NCBI GenBank assembly: GCA_950097015.1
Contig: CATNEN010000011.1
Span: 6,138,001-6,202,000 of the forward strand
Reading direction: 5' to 3'
Source of the DNA: Macrostomum hystrix
Taxonomy: Eukaryota; Animalia; Platyhelminthes
DNA: 64,000 nt
In this document: in pieces, positions 45,290 through 59,194 of the stretch
Layout: every line of letters starts with the position of its first letter
Numbering within the stretch: the first letter of the stretch is position 1
Position numbers and translations under genes: made by a program
The notes under the pieces: model-generated
Databases searched by the model: none
The model's input: the letters and a program-made list of their open reading frames with translations, nothing else
Told to the model about the DNA's origin: nothing

Positions 45290-46650
45290 TGGAAATCGAG
45301 GAAGAATGACCACAGGAAATAGTGGAAGAATAACCGCTGGAAATTGTGGAAGGATAACCACAGGAAATCGTGGAAGGATAACCGCTGGAAATTGTGGAAG
45401 AATGACCACAGGAAATCGTGGAAAAATAACCACAGGAAATCGTGGAAGGATAACCACAGGAAATCCGGGAAGAAAAACCACAGGAAATCGTGGAAGAATA
45501 ACCACAGGAAATCGTGGAAGAATAACCATAGGAAATCGTGGAAGAATGACCACAGGAAATCGTGGAAGAATAACCACAGGAAATCGTGGAAGGATAACCG
45601 CTGGAAATCGTGGAAGAATAACCATAGGAAATTGTGGAAGAATGACCACAGGAAATCGTGGAAGAAAACCTACAGGAAACCGTGGAAGAATAACCATAGG
45701 AAATCGTGGAAGAATAACCACAGGAAATCGTGGAAGGATAACCACAGGAAATCGTGGAAGAATAACCACAGGAAATCGGGGAAGAAAAACCACAGGAAAT
45801 CGTGGAAGAATAACCACAGGAAATCGTGGAAGAATAACCGCTGGAAATCGTGGAAGAATAACCATAGGAAATTGTGGAAGAATGACCACAGGAAATCGTG
45901 GAAGAAAACCTACAGGAAACCGTGGAAGAATGACCACAGGAAATCGTGGAACAATAACGTCTGGAAATCGTGGAAGAATGACCACAGGAAATCGTGGAAC
46001 AATAACCGCTGGAAATCGTGGAAGAATAACCGCTGGAAATCGTGGAAGAATGACCACAGAAAATCGTGGAACAATAACCGCTGGAAATCGTGGAAGAATG
46101 ACCACAGGAAATCGTGGAACAATAACCGCTGGAAATCGTGGAAGAATGACCACAGGAAATCGTGGAACAATAACCGCTGGAAATCGTGGAAGAATGACCA
46201 CAGGAAATCGTGGAAGAATGACCACAGGAAATCGTGGAACAATAACCGCTGGAAATCGTGGAGGAATGACCACAGGAAATCGTGGAACAATAACCGCTGG
46301 AAATCGTGGAAGAATGACCACAGGAAATCGTGGAACAATAACCGCTGGAAATCGTGGAAGAATGACCACAGGAAATCGTGGAAGAATGACCACAGGAAAT
46401 CGTGGAAGAATGACCGCTGGAAATCGTGGAGGAATGACCACAGGAAATTGTGGAGGAATGACCACAGGAAATCGTGGAGGAATGACCACAGGAAATCGTG
46501 GAAGAATGACCACAGGAAATCGTGGAAGAATGACCACAGGAAATCGTGGAAGAATGACCACAGGAAATTGTGGAGGAATGACCACAGGAAATCGTGGAGG
46601 AATGACCACAGGAAATCGTGGAAGAATGACCACAGGAATCGTGGAGGAAT
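45290..46650. repeat. 24-bp minisatellite (~56 copies)
   Basis: accacaggaaatcgtggaagaata/g; the source of five artefactual ORFs. Confidence 0.96.
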
Positions 46651-47419
46651 GGCCAGGTAATTCGTGAAACAACGATCAGTAACGGAATTACAAGGCTAAT
46701 TTCAAAGTCTGCAAAAAACTGCTTGACAAATTTTCCTACTAGCAGCAGGTATATTAAATTTGACCATCCATTTAAAGAAAAAACATAGACCTTGTGCACA
46801 ACAAAGCAAAACGAGAACAAGTTCTGCTATGAAACACTTAAAAAGCACGGGTTAAACACAATAATATAGAAACTGCAACGACTGCAATGACTAAATTTCA
46901 GCACGCTTTGTATGCTGACAGTTAAACAGTTAAACAGAATGTCACTGACAAGAGACAGCGCTATTTAATGCGATTACGCTAACAATTAGGCGCCAATGTG
47001 ACTACTGATTAAAGGTATCTATTTTATATGCGCAAGTAGTAAGCAGCTGGGACCTCTGCAATGAGAATTTGTGACTGAGAACTTGGGAACATGCGTGCAA
47101 CATGGGAACTGTATTTTGAGAAGAAATATATATATAATAATTTAAAATCTACAACAGATTACTGTCTGATTGGGTTCCAAGTAAGTTAATTGGAGAATTA
47201 CTGCAGTAAGTTTTATCAAATTTAAATTTACACTGAATTAGTAGATTATTCAGCATCTACTCAGCACGAAGAAAATAGAAAAAATACTTGTTCATTACTT
47301 CTCCGGAACCAGACCTTAACTTAGCTTCGGGACTCTGGGAATATTGAAATCAGAGCCAAAGAAACAGATTGTACTGCCTTTCCAAAGTGCTCCAATTTTT
47401 TGTATTTGTACCATATTCT

Positions 47420-48010
47420 ACGGTAGTCTTTGTAGTCAAACTAGACCCAATCTTAAAGTAAAGTCTTTGTAGCTAAATTAGACTCAACCCTTCAGTAGTC
47501 TTTGTAGGTAAACAGAACCAATCGTACAGAAATCTTTGTAGCTAAAGTAGATCCAATGCCACAGTAGTCTTAGTAGTTGATGTAGACCAAATCCTACAGT
47601 AGTCTTTGTAGCTAAGGTTGTAGAGGTTGTAGCCTAGTGGTTAGGGCGTCGGACTCACGACTTGAAGGTCGGGGGTTCGATTCCCGACTCCACTGGAACA
47701 ATTTGCGTCCTTTAGCAAGACACTTAACTCTGCATTGCTTCAGTTCACCCAGCTGTTAAATGGGTACCAGCATCAGCTGGGATAACTGAAGGTGGGTGTG
47801 GTGTCCCCCCAGTCCGTGGACTGAACAGCTGTACGCAGCCTTCAGATGCGCCGCGCATTAGCTGCGGCTGTGCTTTCGGCTGCACATCTGACCCAATTGG
47901 GGCAGGTGTAATCAATTATTATTATTAATTATTCTAGCTAAACTATACGTAATCCTACAGGAGTCTTTGTAGGTAAACTAGACACAATCCTACAGTAGTC
48001 TTGGTGGCTA
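47420..48010. repeat. Old degenerate ~33-bp repeat interrupted by a SINE
   Basis: agtagtctttgtagctaaactagacccaatcctac variants on both sides of the SINE. Confidence 0.7.
47616..47933 (+). mobile_element. SINE family B, full length
   Basis: Near-identical to 33108-33425; possible tagctaa TSD. Confidence 0.92.
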
Positions 48011-48206
48011 CTTCAGTCAAACAAAGACTGAATTCCAGTCGAATATTTCGGCACACTTAAGAATATCAATTCTTGGTTACCATGTACTAAATTACAATGT
48101 CAAAAATTAATACCACGAAAGCAAACAATCAGGTGTAAACGTGAGATTTCTTCACCAACACGGAAGCGAATATTTTAGTCGCTAAGTGGAGAAAAACAAG
48201 CGGAAC

Positions 48207-48498
48207 TCAAATGCGAAAGCTGTCGCCCTTGCCGTCGATGTGACGCAGGCGCAGGTAGAAGTCCGATCCAACGCCCTGCATGGTTTCGAAGGTCAGGCAG
48301 CCGCCCAGGTAGTGCGCGTAGGCCCTGGAGGTCGGCAGGCCGAACCCGAAGCCGTGCATCGGCCCGACGGAGCGGGATTCGGACACCCGGTCGAAGAACG
48401 ACTCATTCTCGTCGCTGTGCTTGCCCGAGGTTGAGAAGTGATACTCGAAGATGCTGGAGGCGATGTCGTGCGCGATGCCGCCGCCGCGATCGCTGAAG
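48207..48498 (-). CDS. BCKDK: Branched-chain ketoacid dehydrogenase kinase, last exon
   Basis: CCCCTGAACAG acceptor; SDRGGGI (G1 box), [21 protein letters not shown] (G2), [16 protein letters not shown]. Confidence 0.92.
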
Positions 48499-48608
48499 CT
48501 GTTCAGGGGAAACGAAGGCATTGGGACTGGGATAATAGATGCCATTTAAGTTATTGGTGTATAAGTTAGCAGTTTTAACTATAGGGAGTATCTATACCCT
48601 CGATAATA

Positions 48609-48905
48609 ACTGCAGGAGGGCTGCGGGCAATGGCACATCATTTGGTGACACTAGACCCGCAGCCAGCGAGGAGGCAGTCGTCAGGCATTTTCCGCTTTTA
48701 CTCTGCCTTGGAGGTTGGCCCTCAAGGGCGTTTATTGCGCGACAAGCCGCCAAGCCTTCTCTCCGAGGCTGAGTACCAAATGAAAGTTGATTAAAATTGA
48801 TTACACCTGCCACAATTGGGCCAGATGTGCAGCTAAAAAACACAAATTATACCAGCGAATTTAGGAATCGAACCGCCGACCTTCAAGCCGTGTGTTCGAC
48901 GCAAA
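48609..48905 (-). mobile_element. Adjacent internally deleted SINE A (48609-48770) and SINE B (48795-48905) remnants in the BCKDK intron
   Basis: tgcaggagggctgcgggcaatgg...aagccttctc matches family A; ttgattacacctgc.caattggg...gaatcgaac.gccgaccttcaag matches family B tail and head. Confidence 0.75.
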
Positions 48906-49561
48906 CATGTCGTCATATAATTAGTGTTAAACTAGTGCAATACACAAATAATATTTGAAAATGCTAGCCTATCTACTAGGTCAGTAGCATGATTGTAGAA
49001 TCAGTCTTAAGTACACTTTTAAACATTTAATTATAATAGTATTAACCACCCACCCTAAGAGTGTATAATTAGTAATGTGCTATTTGTACTCTGGCCATAG
49101 TTAGCTAGCTTATTTCCTTCTTACTAGAGACTCGGGGTCAAGTTGGTGATGATAATGCTATAAATAAATCTATGAAACAATAAAAACTATCACAACCGGT
49201 TCGCATCTGGATTTGCGCCGTGTATTTTTAAAGTAGATTTTATTAGTCGAGATTTTAGCTCACACACAATGCGGCCATTGGAGTTTGCTTAATTTAGATA
49301 TGACAAATTTTACTGGCTTCGAGTATGACTACTAATCACTGTCCTTAGTGCGCCTTCTGTCACTAACGTTGAATAGCTCGACGTTCGGCACTGATGTATT
49401 TTCGTTCGTTCAATTATTTCAGTTCAAATTCGCGCCAAAACTTTATTAAGTTTTTAAGCCTCTGTTTAAATTTTCCTCTCGTACTCTTTTAAATTCATGA
49501 ATTTCGACACGCATTTAAACAAAAAGTAAAACAACTAGCAGATTTTCTAAGAAAGCCTCAC

Positions 49562-50574
49562 CGCAAAATGAAGTCCACATCGTTGCTGGCCACGGTGACT
49601 GTGACATCCGGCAGGGCGCCGACTTTGGCCCTATTGTGCTCAACAGTGGCTCGGAAGGCATTTTTGAGCACCTCGGTGACGATGTACTCAACCGGCTGGA
49701 TGATGTAGGAGAATGTCGCCTTCCTGTTGCCCGCGATTTTCACGGCCGGGGCCAGGCCGTACTTCATGTCGCACAGCTTGGCCACGTGAGCAGCTCGACT
49801 CTCGATGAGGTCGCCGGGGCAGAATTTGGTGCAGACGACGCCGACGTAGTCAGGACGGTCCTGGCGCAGAGCCAGATGGTGCTCGCACAGGAGCCGGATG
49901 CCGAGGCGCGAGGTGAGGGTCTTGTCTAGGAACTGGCGTACCAGCTGAGGGTCGCGGATGTGCCGGCCGCACTCTCTGAAGCCCTCGGCTAGCATTGTGA
50001 CGACGTCTTTGTGATCGTCCAGTAGTTGACGAACGACGAAAGCGTACTGCTCCTCCTCGGCCAGGTTGGTGACGGTCGGATAGTCTGACAGGATATGGAA
50101 GGCGCGAATGTACAGCTCGTGCACGGACAGGATTGTCGGATTGCAACCGATGATGAACGGCAGGGAGCGGAAGTCATCGATTCGATGTGCAATGCGCACC
50201 GGCAGCTCCTTCTGAAGGTATTGAGCAGAGCGCAGCACGTAGTTCTCATCAGTGGCCCGGCCGGAGTACAACAGCGAGGCTGGGGTCAGACGAACAGAGT
50301 TCTTCTTAGCCGCGGCGTCAATAGCCGACTGATTGTAATAGGAGGTGACGGATCTTGTCCGCTCCCTATCCTGACTGCTGTTGCTGTTGCCGTTGCCGTT
50401 GCCGTTGCCATTGGCCATTGCGATTGCCATTGCCGTTGCCTTGGTGGCGCCGCGAGACTCGATCGATTCGCTGTTGCGCAAGTTCGGACGAGAATTGGAA
50501 AGCTTTGAGAGGGAACGACAGCGCAGCACTTGCTGGCCGATGGCCACGTGTATCACTCTTGTACCAGTTTGCAT
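49562..50574 (-). CDS. BCKDK: Branched-chain ketoacid dehydrogenase kinase, main exon
   Basis: [23 protein letters not shown]...[35 protein letters not shown]...SRLGIRLL...[12 protein letters not shown]; donor CG|GTGAGG. Confidence 0.93.
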
Positions 50575-52419
50575 TCTTAGCCGAATAATTGCTATGCCGC
50601 CAATTCGGTATTGAAAGCAAGTGCCCTTGTTTGATACAAAACGAACCAGGTGAGTGTTTTTTTAGCTTTTGCAGAGTTGCAGCTCGGGAGGTCGCTACGC
50701 TTTTGATATATTTGAAGGCAAAATGAAAAGGGACAAAATCAAGGGTAAGAGGGTGAAATGCTGTTCTCTCCCTACTTCTTGCTGAATGTACATGCATCGG
50801 CGGGGAAAGGCTTGGTGAGCCGAGGCACACGCAAGGCCAATTGAGTGTATTTGTTTGACCTTAACTTAGGGATGCTATTTTTAGAACGGAGAATTCCTTC
50901 GCGTACAAAACAAAACTGAATTTCACGCGCCCCATGCGTGTCAGAGTCACGCTCTGGCTTTGTACACTGGAGGCCAACGCGTACATTGTTGGTTGAAGCT
51001 TTGAATCCCAGTTCCTTTCTTCACGCTATAAACAGTACATTCCGAGGCCAAGGCTTGTCACGACCGCACCGCGTGCCAGAGCCCCCAAAGCCCAAAACCT
51101 TCATTGGCTCAGATCTCATTGCGAATGCATGCATAACTGTTTAAACAGAGTTAGCATATCCAGGAACCGGTTCAAGCCTGTATCGACCGGTTGTTGCTTC
51201 CGTACTAAAGGAAACTTAATATTATTAAAAATAGTTTTTTATTCTTTCCATTGGTCTGCGACTGAGCCAGGGCACCATTCTAACTTACTGCTACCTTTAT
51301 ATTCGTTGAAAAGAGGTTAAGCATAGGTCTTATAAAGGTCATTTAATTTGACAATTCTCAAGTACTTTTAAGTCTCCATATAGAACACTCTTGACTGACA
51401 AATATTTCACAGCGTATTCCTTCCCCCCAAGCTATTTAGACAAACTAATAAATTGTCTGTGACAAAAACGGTCATGAGTAGTTTCTGTCCATGCTTTGAA
51501 CTGTATTTATACGTGTACAATAGATTAAATTAGGCCAGATGAACAAACAGAGCATTGTACGGTGCATGAATTGGGAGGCCGCAATACACACCTAAATTTC
51601 TACCTCAACAGCTGTGGGAACTGAAGTAATGGAGAAATCAGGTATCGCGCACAATGATACAAACTGCGTCGCTTAGGCCTGAGATTGGAACTCCCGACCT
51701 CTCGGTGAGAAGTCTGCAGCTCAATCTATAAGAAAAAAAGCAGAAAATAAAATCATAATTTCGTAATGCGTAACTTTTAAGAGCTTTTGAATAAGTCAAG
51801 CTAGTTCAACTTAGTAGAACAATATGAAAATGATGTAACTCATATATATAATTGCCAGTTAAAGTGCTGTGACAAGAATTCATATTTTTATAAACTATCG
51901 AAAATCTTTATCTAGTTTAGAGCGGACACAGCAATAGCAACGCAAATTTAAGAAGAAAAAACTAGAAAACAAAACAGAAAATGGACAGCAATTGAGAGGA
52001 CGCATGAGCGAATAAATTGATCATCAAAGTTTGTCAAAGACAGACAGACAGACTGCACGAGTGTTACGAGTATTTTCTCTCTAAGAAAAAAACTAAAGAG
52101 AGTGAAACAAAACTCAGGAAAAGAATGTTCTCAGCAATGATGCAGACTACAGCTAGGTAAAGCTGATTGACAGTCTCAAAGTTAAACCATTCACAGAGAA
52201 ACAGAAGAACAGAACAGCAAGCACAGCCAGGAAAATAATGTTTTCAAAAGAAAACCTGCACGAATCTGACTGTTCTTTGTTATGCTTAGTGCAGCAAGTG
52301 GCCTTTTAAAATTCACACAAAATACAATACATTTCACAAACGTGGGATTAGCTAGGGCTCTGTTTTCTGACACATCATCCCACGTCGACACTGATGTTTG
52401 ACACCCTTTCATATCGGCT

Positions 52420-52831
52420 CTCTAATGTCTGACACCCTTCTACCCCTAGACTCTCTGATGTCTGACACCCTTCTACCCCTAGACTCTCTGATGTCTGACA
52501 CCCTTCTACCCCTCGACTCTCTGATGTCTGACACCCTTCCACATCGACTCTCTGATGTCTGACACCCTTCCACATCGACTCTCTGATGTCTGACACCCTT
52601 CTACGTCGACTCTCTGATGTCTGACACCCTTCTACCCCTAGACTCTCTGATGTCTGACACCCTTCTACGTCGACTCTCTGATGTCTGACACCCTTCTACC
52701 CCTGAGCTCTCTGATGTCTGACACCCTTCTACCCCTGAGCTCTCTGATGTCTGACACCCTTCTAACCCTGGACTCTTTGATGTCTGACACCCTTCTACCT
52801 CGACTCTCTGATGTCTGACACCCTCCACCCC
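52420..52831. repeat. 30/33-bp minisatellite (~13 copies)
   Basis: ctctctgatgtctgacacccttctacccctaga with shorter variants. Confidence 0.93.
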
Positions 52832-53708
52832 GACTATAATATACCTCGCCCTGACAGACAGTCGAATATCTGGCATTCAATTTGCAACCAAACTGCTGCT
52901 AGTTTGAAGCATCAAAGCGAATTTACTAAAAGTAGGACACAGAAAAAGCAAAAAACAGGACAGGCAAAATATTGATTATAATTCAGTGACACAAGGCTAG
53001 TGCAGTAAAAGCTAGGAAAGTGTACTATATAAAAATACAGACAGGATATAATCAACAATTAAGGCTAGCATTTTTATAAAGAAAGAAAAGTATAGGAACA
53101 ATAAGAAATATAGGTAGGTGTGATTAAAATATCGAACATTGAGAAGCAGATATGCGTTTAAGCAGAAGCAGTTAAAGTTGTTAAAATGAGTGACACTCGC
53201 CTAAGAAATAAACAATGGCGGGCCAAAATCAGCTATGAAACAAATTTGGCCTCCAAAACATGAGAACAAAAATGGAATACATTATAATTAGGCGATGACA
53301 GATGATAAGAGAGAAAAGACTAAAGAGCTTCTCTTTTTCCTTTCTCCATTGGGTTAAAATTCGAACTCCCGACCTTGTCTTTGCTATGAAAAAAGCAGAA
53401 TAGATGTAAACTAAAAGAGAGTTAAAAGTGTAGCTTCAGGCAGCTCTAAAAGCAATGACCAGAGAAACAGACCGATCCATTAGCGGTAAGAAGACCACGG
53501 GGGCATCTCAAATACTCACCTTATTCATTTTTTTCTGTAACTCCCAAAATATTCAACCAATCGCCATGAAAATAGGCGAGAGTGGGTACTTGAAATATCC
53601 CCGTGGGTATTTCCCCCTTTCCCCAGGGGGAACAATATCACGGTCTTTCTACTGTCACCTGATTGAGAACTCAGTCCGGCCAGCTAGAAAAACCTAGCGA
53701 TTCGCTCA

Positions 53709-54313
53709 TCACAGATCCGGCAGGTCCACGGAATTCAACAGCCGGCTGACCAGGGTGTCGAAGGTGGCCAGGGCCGTGTTGAGGTGCTGCGTGCTCAAAT
53801 ACATACCGGCCCAAGCCGGCCTGGCTGCTTGTTTGAGCTTGATGACCCGATTGGCACAGTCAGTTCTTTGAGCAGGTGTGCTCATAGGCTTAGCCAGCAT
53901 GTGGTAGCACAGCAGTGCCAGCTCAGCAGTGAAGCTAACCAACCTCTCCTCAGCCGTGCCCTCACTCAGCGGCTTCAGATTGAGCTTGGGCACAGGCCTG
54001 AGTTCGATCTCCTGCTCGGGCAGCAGGCCGCAGAACAGCGCCTGGAATGGACTGGGCTTGTCAGCCTGCGACACCGCCGACTCTGCGGGCTCCAGCTTGG
54101 CCAGTGGCTCAGGCAGCCAGCGGGCGACCGCGCCGGCCACTGACGAGTCGTCCATGCCGCCGGCGGTTAGAACGGCCGGATTCCAGGCCAAGCCGAGGGT
54201 GGCCGAGTGAGCCGGCAGGCTGGTGATGAGGTGCGGCCCGATGCCACCGCCGTCCCAGTCGCAGGAGACAATGCCCGATAGGCCGGGCAAGCTGGTGAGG
54301 CTTCTAGCCAGGC
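53709..54313 (-). CDS. Ankyrin + GH20-like protein, last exon
   Basis: CGCATCCAG acceptor, phase consistent; GIVSCDWDGGG...SLPAHSATLGLAWN resembles HEXD-like C-terminal barrel strands; stop at 53709. Confidence 0.75.
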
Positions 54314-54369
54314 CTGGATGCGAATGAGATAATTGGGGATTAACTTGTCTATAGAAATAGTGCACAATT

Positions 54370-54895
54370 GGAAATGAGGATCTGGAACCGACTAGACTCG
54401 GAAATTGGGTTCTGGAACCGACTAGACTGGGAAATGGGGATCTGGAACTGACTAAACTAGGAAATGACGATCTGGAACTGACTAGACTAGGAAATGAGGA
54501 TATGGAACTGACTAGACTCGGAAATGAGGATCTGGAACTGACTAGACTAGGAAATGAGGATATGGAACTGACTAGACTAGGAAATGAGGATATGGAACTG
54601 ACTAGACTCGGAAATGAGGATCTGGAACTGACTAGACTAGGAAATGAGAATATGGAACTGACTAGACTAGGAAATGAGGATATGGAACTGACTAGACTCG
54701 GAAATGAGGATATGGAACTGACTAGACTAGGAAATGAGGATATGGAACTGACTAGACTCGGAAATGACAATCTGGAACTGACTAGACTAGGAAATGAGGA
54801 TCTGGAACTGACTAGACTAGGAAATGAGGATCTGGAACTGACTAGACTAGGAAATGAGGATCTGGAACTGACTAGACTCGGAAACGAGGATCTGA
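54370..54895. repeat. 30-bp minisatellite (~18 copies), intronic
   Basis: actagactaggaaatgaggatctggaactg. Confidence 0.95.
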
Positions 54896-55038
54896 TAAAA
54901 TCCAGACACGAAGCCGTAATCTAAATAGACGTAATCATAAATCGAATCATTTCCATACTGCTATTTAATACAGTAAAAATCTAAATCGGAGGTTCTCATT
55001 GGTTTCATATTTTTCGATACGTATCGGCGCGAACTCAC

Positions 55039-55387
55039 CGGGACAGAACTTGGCTCGGTGCAGGCTGTGGCAGCCAGTGAAGGATAGCCAGGCTCCAGTG
55101 GCTGGTGCCAGTACAAACGACGGCAGGGCCGAGTGCAGGTAAGCGGCTCGATCCTCGGGTCGATCTCGCGGCAGGCAGTGATCAATACAGGTGATTGGCA
55201 GCTTCTGCAGCCAGGCTGGCAGTGCGAAACCCGACGAGGCCAGGTAGAGATGCTGCCGGCCCAGCCCCAGCCAGGCGGGCGCCTCCTGCTCCGGGCCCTG
55301 GGCAAGGTGGGCCGACAGCCGGGGACCCAGGTGCAACGGGCAGTCGGGAGGGAAGGCGCCAACCAGCACCTCCGCTTGGCTTTGCAC
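55039..55387 (-). CDS. Ankyrin + GH20-like protein, exon with degenerate catalytic motif
   Basis: CACCCGCAG acceptor; PLHLGPRLS...FVLAPATGAWLSF; donor G|GTGAGT. Confidence 0.75.
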
Positions 55388-55419
55388 CTGCGGGTGGTGA
55401 TTAGTGAGTGACAGGCTGA

Positions 55420-55667
55420 TGGGATAGTGTGACAGGCTGATGAGATACAGTGTGACAGGATGATTAGATGCAGACTGACAGGCGATTATATACAGTGTGA
55501 CAGGCTGATGAGATACAGAGTGACAGGTGTTGAGATACAGAGTGACAGGCGGATGGGGTACAGAGTGACAGGTGTTGAGATACAGAGTGACAGGTTGATG
55601 AGATACAGAGTGACAGGCTGATGAGATACAGAGTGACAGGTGTTGAGATACAGAGTGACAGGCTGAT
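55420..55667. repeat. 22-bp minisatellite filling most of a 293-bp intron
   Basis: cagagtgacaggtgttgagata. Confidence 0.9.
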
Positions 55668-55680
55668 AGCGACAGCTCAC

Positions 55681-56019
55681 GTGTCCTAAGTCGGCCACCC
55701 CGACGCCAATGTCGATGCCCAGAACCGGGGTCAGGCCGAAGTCCTCCTCAGCCGTACGGGTGACGCGGCGCAGATCCTCCTGCGCGTAGGGGCAGGCGTG
55801 GGCGGAGCCGCCGAGGCGGAAGAACAGGTGCAGCTGATTGGCCCGCATGCAGGCGGCGGACTCTGCGATGCTGATCAGGGCCTCCGGGCGCGGCAGCAAG
55901 CCGGACGAGCAGTCGATGAGGACGCCGCGAACCAGCGTGGTTGGCCAGTCCCAGACTCGAATACCGGGCACCAGGCCCATAGACAGCTCGGCACAGGCGG
56001 TGAGCAGGGAGGACAGCAC
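55681..56019 (-). CDS. Ankyrin + GH20-like protein, start of TIM-barrel-like domain
   Basis: IRVWDWPTTLVRGVLIDCSSGLLP...MRANQLHLF matches the GH20 D-x-P...RG-x-x-x-D and N-x-LHL motifs. Confidence 0.85.
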
Positions 56020-56189
56020 CTGGATTTAGGGGGTGGCAGAAGCTCAATATCTTTGAAAGTTGAAGCTCCTCTGTTACCGAAAATGATATAAATGTAGATG
56101 TACTTTATCAATCAATGGGTTCTACGAAAATATCAAAGAGTTCTATGATCAACATTTCTGGGTGAATGGCAAAGCGTTCTAACGCGTGA

Positions 56190-59060
56190 CTGAAATATCA
56201 GTGGTTCTATGGCTGAAATATCAGTGGTTCTATGGCTGAAATATCAATGGTTCTATGACTGAAATATCAGTGGTTCTATGGCTGAAATATCAATGGTTCT
56301 ATGGCTGAAATATCAATGGTTCTATGGCTGAAATATCAATGGTTCTATGGCTGAAATATCAATGGTTCTATGGCTGAAATATCAATGGTTCTATGGCTGA
56401 AATATCAATGGTTCTATGGCTGAAATATCAATGGTTCTATGACTGAAATATCAATGGTTCTATGGCTGAAATATCAATGGTTCTATGGCTGAAATATCAA
56501 TGGTTCTATGGCTGAAATATCAATGGTTCTATGACTGAAATATCAATGGTTCTATGGCTGAAATATCAATTTTTCTATGACTAAAATATCAATGTTTCTA
56601 TGACTGAAATATCAATGGTTCTATGACTGAAATATCAATGGTTCTATGGCTGAAATATCAATGGTTCTATGACTGAAATATCAGTGGTTCTATGGCTGAA
56701 ATATCAATGGTTCTATGGCTGAAATATCAATGGTTCTATGGCTGAAATATCAATGGTTCTATGGCTGAAATATCAATGGTTCTATGGCTGAAATATCAAT
56801 GGTTCTATGGCTGAAATATCAATGGTTCTATGGCTGAAATATCAATGGTTCTATGACTGAAATATCAATGGTTCTATGGCTGAAATATCAATGGTTCTAT
56901 GGCTGAAATATCAATGGTTCTATGGCTGAAATATCAATGGTTCTATGACTGAAATATCAATGGTTCTATGGCTGAAATATCAATTTTTCTATGACTAAAA
57001 TATCAATGTTTCTATGACTGAAATATCAATGGTTCTATGACTGAAATATCAATGGTTCTATGGCTGAAATATCAATGGTTCTATGACTGAAATATCAATG
57101 GTTCTATGACTGAAATATCAGTGGTTCTATGACTGAAATATCAATGTTTCTATGACTGAAATATCAATGGTTCTATGGCTGAAATATCAATGGTTCTATG
57201 GCTGAAATATCAATGGTTCTATGGCTGAAATATCAATGGTTCTATGGCTGAAATATCAATGGTTCTATGACTGAAATATCAATGGTTCTATGACTGAAAT
57301 ATCAATGGTTCTATGGCTGAAATATCAATGGTTCTATGGCTGAAATATCAATGGTTCTATGACTGAAATATCAATGGTTCTATGGCTGAAATATCAATTT
57401 TTCTATGACTAAAATATCAATGTTTCTATGACTGAAATATCAATGGTTCTATGGCTGAAATATCAATGGTTCTATGGCTGAAATATCAATGGTTCTATGA
57501 CTGAAATATCAATGGTTCTATGGCTGAAATATCGATGGTTCTATGGCTGAAATATCAATGGTTCTATGGCTGAAATATCAGTGGTTCTATGGCTGAAATA
57601 TCAGTGGTTCTATGGCTGAAATATCAATGGTTCTATGGCTGAAATATCAATGGTTCTATGACTGAAATATCAATGGTTCTATGGCTGAAATATCAGTGGT
57701 TCTATGGCTGAAATATCAGTGGTTCTATGACTGAAATATCAATGGTTCTATGGCTGAAATATCAGTGGTTCTATGGCTGAAATATCAGTGGTTCTATGGC
57801 TGAAATATCAGTGGTTCTATGACTGAAATATCAGTGGTTCTATGACTGAAATATCAATGGTTCTATGGCTGAAATATCAGTGGTTCTATGACTGAAATAT
57901 CAATGGTTCTATGACTGAAATATCAGTGGTTCTATGACTGAAATATCAATGGTTCTATGGCTGAAATATCAGTGGTTCTATGGCTGAAATATCAGTGGTT
58001 CTATGGCTGAAATATCAGTGGTTCTATGACTGAAATATCAATGTTTCTATGACTGAAATATCAATGGTTCTATGGCTGAAATATCAATGGTTCTATGGCT
58101 GAAATATCAATGGTTCTATGGCTGAAATATCAATGGTTCTATGGCTGAAATATCAATGGTTCTATGACTGAAATATCAATGGTTCTATGACTGAAATATC
58201 AATGGTTCTATGGCTGAAATATCAATGGTTCTATGGCTGAAATATCAATGGTTCTATGACTGAAATATCAATGGTTCTATGGCTGAAATATCAATTTTTC
58301 TATGACTAAAATATCAATGTTTCTATGACTGAAATATCAATGGTTCTATGGCTGAAATATCAATGGTTCTATGGCTGAAATATCAATGGTTCTATGACTG
58401 AAATATCAATGGTTCTATGGCTGAAATATCGATGGTTCTATGGCTGAAATATCAATGGTTCTATGGCTGAAATATCAGTGGTTCTATGGCTGAAATATCA
58501 GTGGTTCTATGGCTGAAATATCAATGGTTCTATGGCTGAAATATCAATGGTTCTATGACTGAAATATCAATGGTTCTATGGCTGAAATATCAGTGGTTCT
58601 ATGGCTGAAATATCAGTGGTTCTATGACTGAAATATCAATGGTTCTATGGCTGAAATATCAGTGGTTCTATGGCTGAAATATCAGTGGTTCTATGGCTGA
58701 AATATCAGTGGTTCTATGACTGAAATATCAGTGGTTCTATGACTGAAATATCAATGGTTCTATGGCTGAAATATCAGTGGTTCTATGACTGAAATATCAA
58801 TGGTTCTATGACTGAAATATCAGTGGTTCTATGACTGAAATATCAATGGTTCTATGGCTGAAATATCAGTGGTTCTATGGCTGAAATATCAGTGGTTCTA
58901 TGACTGAAATATCAGTGGTTCTATGACTGAAATATCAGTGGTTCTATGACTGAAATATCAGTGGTTCTATGACTGAAATATCAGTGGTTCTATGACTGAA
59001 ATATCAGTGGTTCTATGACTGAAATATCAGTGGTTCTATGACTGAAATATCAATGGTTCT
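56190..59060. repeat. 23-bp minisatellite (~125 copies), intronic
   Basis: ctgaaatatcaatggttctatgg. Confidence 0.97.
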
Positions 59061-59194
59061 ATATGCAAAATATCGATGGGTTCTGACCAAAATACCAACG
59101 GTTCTATGACCGAAAAATCAATAAACTTAATGACCAAAATTGGCAAACTTCATGACTAATATACAGACAGCTATCACTTCCAAGCGAATCTTAC

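Noticed and set aside
45233-46820. Five overlapping 142-521 aa ORFs, including a K/R/H/W-rich frame reminiscent of adhesive proteins
   Set aside because: A 24-bp array open in most frames, with no signal peptide, splice context or unique domain.
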